Assembly (NCBI GenBank): GCA_009602735.1
Contig: WELA01003502.1
Coordinates: 1 to 48,880, forward strand
Length of the DNA: 48,880 nt
Source of the DNA: Mesotaenium endlicherianum
Lineage: Eukaryota
Reading direction: 5' to 3'
Shown here piece by piece: positions 37,394-45,250 of the stretch. The translations under genes and the position numbers were made by a program. Numbering within the stretch: the stretch's first letter is position 1; each line of letters begins with the position of its first letter. The notes beneath the pieces were generated by a model, which was given only the letters and a program-made list of their open reading frames with translations, was not told the origin of the DNA and did not search any database.

Positions 37394-37504
37394 CATCAAT
37401 GTTCAGAACATTTGTTATGTTCCATAAATAAATGTTGCAAACAAACAGATTGGACTGACGATTATTGAAACAATTATATTCTGTAATTGATTATTTAAAC
37501 TTTT

Positions 37505-37669
37505 GTGAGCATTTCAAGAACAAAGAAGAGTAATAAAAACAAAAGGGTTAAGAGCAAAAAGTCAATTCCAAAGGTTTTGAAATATGCCCTTTGGGTTATT
37601 CTTGCTCTTATTATACTTGCAATTTTTGCTCTTATCATGCTTCTGCAAAACATACATATTGAAAAGTAA
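37505..37669 (+). CDS. Unannotated 54-aa basic single-pass membrane protein
   Basis: GTG start; MSISRTKKSNKNKRVKSKKSIPKVLKYALWVILALIILAIFALIMLLQNIHIEK, translated by hand. Confidence 0.5.
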   Translation: MSISRTKKSNKNKRVKSKKSIPKVLKYALWVILALIILAIFALIMLLQNIHIEK

Positions 37670-37815
37670 TAAAGGCTGACACTATTCAATCCGAAGGTAT
37701 TTTTGGGTTTTAAAAATAGTCGGCAAAATATGATTTAAGGCTGCTCAAAGGCCTGATTTGCAACAATATTGCTAAATAATACATTGACAGGTGTGTAAAT
37801 TGCAACAAAACATCC

Positions 37816-37823
37816 TATTTTTG
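37816..37823 (+). promoter_or_regulatory. -7 promoter element 6 nt before the ATG (leaderless or near-leaderless transcript)
   Basis: TATTTTTG-caacca-ATG(37830). Confidence 0.6.
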
Positions 37824-37829
37824 CAACCA

Positions 37830-38147
37830 ATGAAATTATTCTTCTCAATATTGTCTTTGGCAATGCTTTACATTTCCTGCCTGCCTTGTGGCGACAGGAA
37901 CGAATGTAATGTCAGGACAGAAGCAAAAATTTCAGCTACCGATAACCACCAGCAGCATAAACACAATTCAGAAGCCTGTACTCCATTCTGCTCCTGCTCC
38001 TGTTGTGCAGCTTCAGCATTTTACTCTCCCTTCTCTAAGGCACAGGTAAATAAAATTGAATTTCAATCGGTGAAGTATCCCCTGTATAATGTAACGTTTA
38101 GTACAGAAGCTCATAACAGCATCTGGCAGCCTCCCAAACTTTCTTAA
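37830..38147 (+). CDS. DUF6660-like small exported Cys/His-rich protein; putative leader of the third RND operon
   Basis: Start at MKLFF; CLPCGD; HQQHKH; CTPFCSCSCC; C-terminal IWQPPKLS. Confidence 0.8.
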   Translation: MKLFFSILSLAMLYISCLPCGDRNECNVRTEAKISATDNHQQHKHNSEACTPFCSCSCCAASAFYSPFSKAQVNKIEFQSVKYPLYNVTFSTEAHNSIWQPPKLS

Positions 38148-38226
38148 CCTCCTTTCTTTATTGAATTTGCTGTAAGTCATTTATTGGCTTATTCAGCTAT
38201 TGTATCATTCATTCCCATTGCTGGCA

Positions 38227-38379
38227 ATGGCCACAGCCAAGAAAATTACAAAAGGCAAAAAAAGAAAAAAGCCTTTAGTGATAAGAATAATCAGAATCAT
38301 TCTTATTGGAATTGCCTGCGCTATTCTTCTTGCAGCCATTGTGGAAAGAATTATTCATTTCTTCAGGTATCATATATAA
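38227..38379 (+). CDS. Unannotated 50-aa basic single-pass membrane protein directly upstream of czcA-tolC
   Basis: MATAKKITKGKKRKKPLVIRIIRIILIGIACAILLAAIVERIIHFFRYHI, translated by hand. Confidence 0.55.
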   Translation: MATAKKITKGKKRKKPLVIRIIRIILIGIACAILLAAIVERIIHFFRYHI

Positions 38380-38396
38380 CCAAACAGAATTAAGAC

Positions 38397-41300
38397 ATGC
38401 TCAATAAAATCATTCAATTCTCCATCAAAAATAAATTGGTCATTGGCCTGTTTACACTTGCATTGATAATATGGGGTGTTTACTCGGCAAAAAAATTGCC
38501 GATTGATGCCGTGCCCGATATTACCAATAACCAGGTACAAATCATTACTATCAGCCCATCATTAGCAGCTCAGGAAGTGGAACAACTGATTTCCTTTCCG
38601 GTTGAGCAAACGATGGCCACTATTCCCGAAATCAAAGAAATCCGTTCTATATCAAGATTTGGGTTATCAGTTGTTACCGTTGTATTTCACGATGATGCAA
38701 ATATCTATTGGGCCCGTCAGCAGGTAGGTGAACGGCTTATAGAAGCCCGCAATCAAATACCCAATAATATCGGTAACCCGGAAATGGCTCCTATCTCTAC
38801 TGGATTAGGTGAAATTTATCAATATGTGTTACATGCAAAAAAAGGATATGAAGATAAATACAATGCCATGTCGCTCCGTACTATTCAGGATTGGATTGTG
38901 CGTCGTCAGTTGCTTGGCACACCTGGTATTGCGGATGTAAGCAGTTTCGGGGGCTTATTAAAGCAATACGAAATAGCATTGAATACCGATAAACTTCGAA
39001 GCTATAATTTATCAATAGCAGATGTATTTAATGCCCTCGAAAAGAATAATCAAAATACCGGCGGTGCGTATATTGATAAAAAACCGAACGCTTATTTTAT
39101 CCGCAGCGAAGGCTTTATTAAGACCATCACCGATATAGAAAAAATAGTTGTTACAAGAACTTCAGGCGGAGCGCCGGTGCTTGTAAGAGATATTGCTACG
39201 GTACAGCTTGGTCATGCTACACAATATGGGGCATTAACCCGTAATGCAGAAGGCGAAGTGGTTGGTGGCATTGTTTTAATGCTGAAAGGAGCAAATTCCA
39301 GTATTGTAATTAATAGTGTAAAAGATAAAATAATTCAAATTCAGAAAAGTTTGCCGGAGGGTGTGGTCATTGAACCCTTCCTTGACAGAAGTGCTTTAGT
39401 TAGCAGGGCAATTGGAACTGTAAAAACTAACCTTATTGAAGGCGCCTTGATTGTAATTTTTGTATTGGTGGTTTTCCTTGGCAATATCCGTTCCGGGTTG
39501 ATAGTGGCTTCGGTAATTCCGCTTGCTATGCTTTTCGCTATTGCGTTGATGAACATGTTTGGTGTATCCGGTAACCTGATGAGCTTAGGCGCCATTGACT
39601 TTGGGTTGATTGTAGATGGAGCAGTGATTATTGTGGAAGCAACCATGCATCAATTAGGACATCGAAAACCCGGAAGGCTCACACAAGACCAGTTGGATGA
39701 TGAAGTTTATAAATCAGCAGGTAAAATGATGAATTCTGCTGCATTTGGTCAAATCATCATATTGATTGTATATCTGCCTATTCTTGCATTGGTTGGCATT
39801 GAAGGAAAAATGTTTGGCCCGATGGCGCAAACAGTTTCATTCGCTATACTTGGTGCATTCCTGCTTTCACTTACTTATGTACCCATGATGAGTGCCCTTG
39901 TATTAAGCAAAAAAATAAGCCACAAGGAAAATCTTTCTGATAAAATGATGAAGTTTTTCCAAAGGCTTTATACGCCATTAATACGTGGCGCACTGAAGAT
40001 GAAATTGCTGGTGGTGAGTATTGCTGTAGGAGTATTTATAATCAGCCTGATTATTTTTAAAACATTAGGTGGTGAATTTATTCCCACATTGGAAGAAGGA
40101 GATTTTGCTGTAGAAACAAGATTGTTGACAGGTAGTTCGTTAAGCCAGACGATTGAAAAAATAACCCAGGCTTCTGATTTACTGATGAAAAAATTTCCCG
40201 AAGTGAAAGAAGTGATTGGAAAGATTGGCGCCTCTGAAATACCTACCGACCCTATGCCCATAGAAGCATGTGACATTACAATTCTTTTAAAAAACAAAAA
40301 AGAATGGACAAGTGCACATAACCGGGAAGAACTGGCCGAACTGATGCAGAAGGAGCTGGAGAAAATTCCCGGTGTTTCCTATGGGTTGTCCCAACCGATA
40401 CAGCTTCGTTTTAATGAATTGATTTCAGGCGTTCGACAGGATGTTGGGATTAAAATATTTGGAGAAGACCTTGATGTACTGGCAGACCTGGCAAAAAAAA
40501 TCGGTGTGATTGTACCTACTGTCAAGGGTGCAGAAGATTTATATGTAGAACAGGTAACCGGGCTTCCGCAGATTGTTGTTAAACTAAACAGGGATAAGAT
40601 TGCTCAATTTGGCTTGAATGTAGAAGATGTAAACCGCACGGTAAGCGCTGCCTTTGCCGGAGAATCAGCAGGTATTGTTTACGAAGGTGAAAAAAGATTT
40701 GATATGGTAGTACGTTTGGAAAAGGCAAACCGGCAAAGTATTGAAGATGTAAAAGGCTTATTTGTTGCAGCGCCGGATGGCAACCAGATTCCTTTGGAAC
40801 AGGTAGCAGATGTTAGCTTACAGTTAGGCCCCAACCAAATACAGCGGGAAGATGCAAAACGCAGAATCATTGTAGGCTTTAATACACGGGGCCGTGATAT
40901 TTCATCGGTTGTAAAAGAGATACAGGAAAAAATTGACAAACAGATAAAGCTTCCTCCTGGCTATTTTATTACTTATGGCGGACAGTTTAAAAATCTTGAA
41001 GAAGCAAACAAAAGATTATCTGTTGCTGTCCCTGTGGCATTAGCATTAATTCTGCTGCTTCTTTTCTTTACGTTTGGTTCAATTAAATATTCCTTACTCA
41101 TTTTTACTGCTATCCCCATGAGTGCTATTGGTGGTGTGTTTGCCTTATGGTTCCGGGGTATGCCATTCAGCATTTCTGCAGGTGTTGGTTTTATTGCTTT
41201 GTTTGGTGTGGCAGTACTAAATGGTATCGTACTTATCAGCGAGTTCAACCGGCTAAAAAAAGAAGGTATGACAGATATCAATGCAATTATTTTAAAAGGA

Positions 41301-42770
41301 ACATCTGTAAGGTTAAGGCCTGTGTTAATGACCGCTACGGTTGCATCATTAGGTTTCTTACCAATGGCATTATCTACCGGCTCTGGTGCGGAAGTGCAAA
41401 AGCCTTTGGCAACAGTTGTAATTGGCGGATTGATTACAGCTACTTTTCTTACACTGATAGTGCTGCCGGTATTGTACACCTGGTTTGAAAAGATAAAATC
41501 AAAAACAAAAAAATCATCTCCGGCCAAACACTTCCCTACATTAATCATCCTGTTTTTAGCTTCATCATTTACTGCAAATGCACAACACCCAAAGACAGTT
41601 CTGAATCTTAATGATGCTGTTACATCAGCCATAAATAATAATCCATTGGTAAAAGTAGGAACGCTGGATATTGGCTACCAGCAACAATTGAAAAAAACAG
41701 TAAAGGACTATGGCAGAACAAATGTTGGTCTCACATTCGGGCAATATAACAGCCGGATTGCCTATGACAATAATTTCAACATTAACCAGGGCATTCCTAA
41801 TCCTGCCTATTTCAAAAGCCTCATACGGTTATCTGAATCTAATATCAAAAGCAGTGAACTGCAATTAAAAATTTATCAAGCAGAGCTGTCAGCTAATACA
41901 AAGACATCTTACTACCAGTTAAGTTTTTGGATAGAAGAAATAAGGTTGCTGAAAGAACTTTTAGCTATCTATGAAAATGTATTGAAAGCGTCAGCGTTGC
42001 GGTATAAAACCGGCGAAACAAATGCACTGGAAAACTATAATGCCGAAAGCAAAGTGAATGAGATAAAGGCACAGTTGCGGAATGCAGAAGAAGATTACCG
42101 GATTGAGTTAAACCGGTTGAAGGTATTTACAGCAGACTCGTCTGTTACAGCAATCAAAGACACTTTACTTGTGGAGAAGGTTTTGCAGATGAACCTGGAC
42201 AGCGCTGCCATTGCTGCTAACCCTGTACTTGCATTTATTAAACAGCAGATTGATATTGCTGAAAAAGAAAAAGGTGTTGAACAGTCAAGATTAAAGCCTG
42301 ATTTCTCTGTAGGTTATTTCAATCAGTCGCTGGTGGGGTACCAAACAATAAACGGGGTTGATAAATATTATGGAGCAGGTCATCGTTTTCAGGGCGTTAA
42401 TTTAGGTATCAGCATTCCCATATTTGCAAAGGCACAAAAAGAAAAAATAAAAGCTGCTGAAGTAAACCGGGTGCGCCGTGAAGCAGAACTGACGAATTAC
42501 CAATACAACCTGCAGGCTGAACTGACACGGCTGTTTGGCGAATTGCAAAAGCAAAGAGTTCAAATAAACTACTACCGCAATACGGCTTTACCGCAAGCAA
42601 ATCTCATCATCACGCAGGCGCAAAAGGCCTTTACTGCTGGTGAAATCGGTTATTATGAATTAACACAATCACTCAATAATGCTGTTATTGTAAAACAGGA
42701 ATACACAAAACTTTTAAATCAATACAATCAAACCGTCATTGCAATTGAATTTATTGGCGGCATCAACTAA
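38397..42770 (+). CDS. czcA: CzcA-family RND permease fused to a C-terminal TolC-like domain
   Basis: DAVPDITNNQVQ, GAIDFGLIVDG, RLRPVLMTA; about 400 extra residues with YKTGET, GISIPIF and AGEIGY TolC-like repeats. Confidence 0.92.
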   Translation: MLNKIIQFSIKNKLVIGLFTLALIIWGVYSAKKLPIDAVPDITNNQVQIITISPSLAAQEVEQLISFPVEQTMATIPEIKEIRSISRFGLSVVTVVFHDDANIYWARQQVGERLIEARNQIPNNIGNPEMAPISTGLGEIYQYVLHAKKGYEDKYNAMSLRTIQDWIVRRQLLGTPGIADVSSFGGLLKQYEIALNTDKLRSYNLSIADVFNALEKNNQNTGGAYIDKKPNAYFIRSEGFIKTITDIEKIVVTRTSGGAPVLVRDIATVQLGHATQYGALTRNAEGEVVGGIVLMLKGANSSIVINSVKDKIIQIQKSLPEGVVIEPFLDRSALVSRAIGTVKTNLIEGALIVIFVLVVFLGNIRSGLIVASVIPLAMLFAIALMNMFGVSGNLMSLGAIDFGLIVDGAVIIVEATMHQLGHRKPGRLTQDQLDDEVYKSAGKMMNSAAFGQIIILIVYLPILALVGIEGKMFGPMAQTVSFAILGAFLLSLTYVPMMSALVLSKKISHKENLSDKMMKFFQRLYTPLIRGALKMKLLVVSIAVGVFIISLIIFKTLGGEFIPTLEEGDFAVETRLLTGSSLSQTIEKITQASDLLMKKFPEVKEVIGKIGASEIPTDPMPIEACDITILLKNKKEWTSAHNREELAELMQKELEKIPGVSYGLSQPIQLRFNELISGVRQDVGIKIFGEDLDVLADLAKKIGVIVPTVKGAEDLYVEQVTGLPQIVVKLNRDKIAQFGLNVEDVNRTVSAAFAGESAGIVYEGEKRFDMVVRLEKANRQSIEDVKGLFVAAPDGNQIPLEQVADVSLQLGPNQIQREDAKRRIIVGFNTRGRDISSVVKEIQEKIDKQIKLPPGYFITYGGQFKNLEEANKRLSVAVPVALALILLLLFFTFGSIKYSLLIFTAIPMSAIGGVFALWFRGMPFSISAGVGFIALFGVAVLNGIVLISEFNRLKKEGMTDINAIILKGTSVRLRPVLMTATVASLGFLPMALSTGSGAEVQKPLATVVIGGLITATFLTLIVLPVLYTWFEKIKSKTKKSSPAKHFPTLIILFLASSFTANAQHPKTVLNLNDAVTSAINNNPLVKVGTLDIGYQQQLKKTVKDYGRTNVGLTFGQYNSRIAYDNNFNINQGIPNPAYFKSLIRLSESNIKSSELQLKIYQAELSANTKTSYYQLSFWIEEIRLLKELLAIYENVLKASALRYKTGETNALENYNAESKVNEIKAQLRNAEEDYRIELNRLKVFTADSSVTAIKDTLLVEKVLQMNLDSAAIAANPVLAFIKQQIDIAEKEKGVEQSRLKPDFSVGYFNQSLVGYQTINGVDKYYGAGHRFQGVNLGISIPIFAKAQKEKIKAAEVNRVRREAELTNYQYNLQAELTRLFGELQKQRVQINYYRNTALPQANLIITQAQKAFTAGEIGYYELTQSLNNAVIVKQEYTKLLNQYNQTVIAIEFIGGIN

Positions 42771-42794
42771 TTAAAACGGGTAAACAATAATAAT

Positions 42795-44009
42795 ATGAAA
42801 CAGAAATTTTTAAGTTCACTGATAATACTCACTGCCGCCATTGTATGGCTTTCATCCTGCTCTTCCAAAGGCAGCGCAGAAACTACACCTACAGGGGAAA
42901 CCAAAACCAAAGAGGCGGACATGGTGGATTTGTCCGAAGACCAATTCAGAACTGTAAACATACAGTATGGCGCTGTAGAAGATAAAAATCTAAGCAGTGT
43001 TATCCGGGCATCGGGGGTACTGGATGTTCCTCCACAACAGCTACTAACTGTTTCTTCTCCTTATGGAGGTACCTTAAAAAGTACCGATTTGCTGCAAGGC
43101 AAACCGGTAGTGAAAGGTGAAGTAATAGCAGTACTTGAAAACCCAGAATTTATCCAGCTTCAGCAGGACTATCTGGATTATAAGAGTCAGTTGGTATATC
43201 TGAAAGAAGAATATGAACGACAACAGGAATTGGCAAAAGAAAATGTAAATGCAAAAAAGACATTACAAAAAGCCAGCAGCGAATATAATAGTATGACGGC
43301 AAGGGTGCAGGGCTTAAAATCTAAGTTGCAACTCATCAATATTAACCCTGATAAAATCAATCCGGCAAGTATCTCAGGCAGGGCAAATATTTATGCTCCC
43401 ATATCAGGCTATGTTACTAAAGTGCTCGTCAACATAGGCAAATTTGTAAATGCTAACCAGGAGCTATTTGAAATTGTAGATACTCGCCATCTTCATGCAG
43501 AGCTTATCATTTTTGAAAAAGATGTTCCGAAATTGAAAATAGGCCAGAAAATCCGTTTTGTGTTGAACAATGAAACAAAGGAACGTTTTGCAGAAGTGTA
43601 TTTAATTGGCAGGGAAATCAGTGCTGAAAGAACGGTTCGGCTGCACGGACACCTGTTGCAGGAAGATAAGAATCTGTTGCCGGGCATGTATTTGAAAGGA
43701 ATTGTAGAAACAGGTATTGCTACTACTACCGCCCTTCCCGATAAAGCTATTGTACAATCGGCAGGTAAATCTTACATTTTTATTGCAGCAAATGAAATAA
43801 AAGAAGAACAAAAACCTGATGAAGAGAAAAAGGGCGGGGTAACTGAAAAACATATTCCGTTTAAAAGAATTGAAGTAACCATTGGTGTTTCAGAAAATGG
43901 CTACACAGAAGTGATTTTGCCCGAAGGATTTGACAGAAATAGCAAAGTGGTGATTAATGGAGCTTATGATTTGTTATCTAAGATGAATAATGTGGAAGAG
44001 GAAGAATAG
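42795..44009 (+). CDS. czcB: CzcB-like RND periplasmic adaptor, lipoprotein
   Basis: LSSC lipobox; SPYGG; APISGYV; HLHAEL; LLPGMY. Confidence 0.88.
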   Translation: MKQKFLSSLIILTAAIVWLSSCSSKGSAETTPTGETKTKEADMVDLSEDQFRTVNIQYGAVEDKNLSSVIRASGVLDVPPQQLLTVSSPYGGTLKSTDLLQGKPVVKGEVIAVLENPEFIQLQQDYLDYKSQLVYLKEEYERQQELAKENVNAKKTLQKASSEYNSMTARVQGLKSKLQLININPDKINPASISGRANIYAPISGYVTKVLVNIGKFVNANQELFEIVDTRHLHAELIIFEKDVPKLKIGQKIRFVLNNETKERFAEVYLIGREISAERTVRLHGHLLQEDKNLLPGMYLKGIVETGIATTTALPDKAIVQSAGKSYIFIAANEIKEEQKPDEEKKGGVTEKHIPFKRIEVTIGVSENGYTEVILPEGFDRNSKVVINGAYDLLSKMNNVEEEE

Positions 44010-44016
44010 ATTTTAC

Positions 44017-44094
44017 ATGGGTCGGGGCCCTGTCTTGTTTTATCCCGTTTTAAAATGGAAAAACCTTGAGCGGCAGGGTTTCCGTACCCACCAA
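44017..44094 (+). ncRNA. Candidate structured RNA element, copy 2
   Basis: TGGGTCGGGGCCCTGTC/GGCAGGGTTTCCGTACCCA stem; homologous to 28776-28852. Confidence 0.6.
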
Positions 44095-44118
44095 CAATCA
44101 GATAATAATACATCCAGA

Positions 44119-44586
44119 ATGGATATACAAATTGAACTAATTATTGTGGCTAAACTTATCGCCTCATTCCTGCTTGGAGCCTTTATTGGGCTTGACAGGG
44201 AAAAACATGGCCGTGATGCCGGCATCAGAACTTACGCTGCCGTTTGTATCGGTGCAACTTTATTTACTGCTGTTGCGGCCCATCTTGTTAGTGATGTGTC
44301 AGCTGCTTCAAGAGTAATAGCCAATATTGTTACCGGTGTGGGTTTTCTTGGCGCTGGTATTATTTATCGCAACAGCAGCGCCGGTACATCGCATGGTTTA
44401 ACAACGGCGGCCACTGTCTGGTGTACAGCCGCTGTAGGAGTGGCGGTCGGCCTCAATATGTTTATTATCGCCATTGTTGGGGCCATTGCATTGTATTTTC
44501 TGCTTTCATTACATCACCAGCCCTGGTATGTAAAGTGGAAAAAGAAAATGGTAAATAAGCATAATGAAAACACCAACACTAATTAA
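44119..44586 (+). CDS. MgtC/SapB-family membrane protein
   Basis: Start placed at MDIQ; IGLDRE, AGIRT, GVGFLGAG, GLTTAATVW. Confidence 0.88.
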   Translation: MDIQIELIIVAKLIASFLLGAFIGLDREKHGRDAGIRTYAAVCIGATLFTAVAAHLVSDVSAASRVIANIVTGVGFLGAGIIYRNSSAGTSHGLTTAATVWCTAAVGVAVGLNMFIIAIVGAIALYFLLSLHHQPWYVKWKKKMVNKHNENTNTN

Positions 44587-44622
44587 TTTTTAAAAGTAAA
44601 TGTATAACAACTGTTCTGTAAC

Positions 44623-45240
44623 ATGTACAGCATTATAACAGGCACCATATTATTAGGCATTACACATGCTCTTATCCCCAACCACTGGTTGCCATTGGTG
44701 GCAATTGCCCGGTCGGAAAAATGGGAGAAATATGAATTGATGCTGGTGGCTTCCATCACCGCATCCGCCCATGTGATGGGTACTGTTATCCTTGGAATTG
44801 CATTGGGAATGGTAGGCTCAAGGCTGGCACATCAATATGAAGGATATGTTCATGTTATTGCGCCGGTACTATTGATAATTTTCGGACTGATATATTTTAC
44901 TGTTAACCTGCCCCACCATCATCATGCTGCCAACAAAGATGTGCAGCAATATAAAAAATCAAAAACAAAATGGGTGTTGATTTTTGCAGTAACCATGTTT
45001 TTATCTCCGTGCCTGGAAGTGGAAAGCCTTTTTCTTGCAGCAGGCGCCTATGGGTTGGATAATATTTTATTACTGGCCCTGGTGTATGCTGCAATCAGCA
45101 TCACAGGAATTATCACTCTTGTAATGCTTGCATTTAAGGGAGTGCAGATGATGAACTCACAATTTATTGAGCATAATGAAAAACGTATTACCGGCATGGT
45201 ATTAATTATAGTAGGTATTGTTACATTTTTCTTACACTAA
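44623..45240 (+). CDS. NicO/RcnA-like Ni/Co transporter-family membrane protein
   Basis: HALIPNHW motif; central HHHH loop; SPCLE; six hydrophobic segments. Confidence 0.65.
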   Translation: MYSIITGTILLGITHALIPNHWLPLVAIARSEKWEKYELMLVASITASAHVMGTVILGIALGMVGSRLAHQYEGYVHVIAPVLLIIFGLIYFTVNLPHHHHAANKDVQQYKKSKTKWVLIFAVTMFLSPCLEVESLFLAAGAYGLDNILLLALVYAAISITGIITLVMLAFKGVQMMNSQFIEHNEKRITGMVLIIVGIVTFFLH

Positions 45241-45250
45241 ACATAGTATT

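Noticed and set aside
37392..37440. AACAT/ATGTT short palindromes after the PepSY gene
   Set aside because: Arms of 5-6 bp in AT-rich DNA could arise by chance; no second locus supports them
38184..38393. 69-aa track ORF upstream of czcA-tolC
   Set aside because: The alternative frame 38227-38379 has an ATG start and a clear TM helix; the track ORF has no recognisable features
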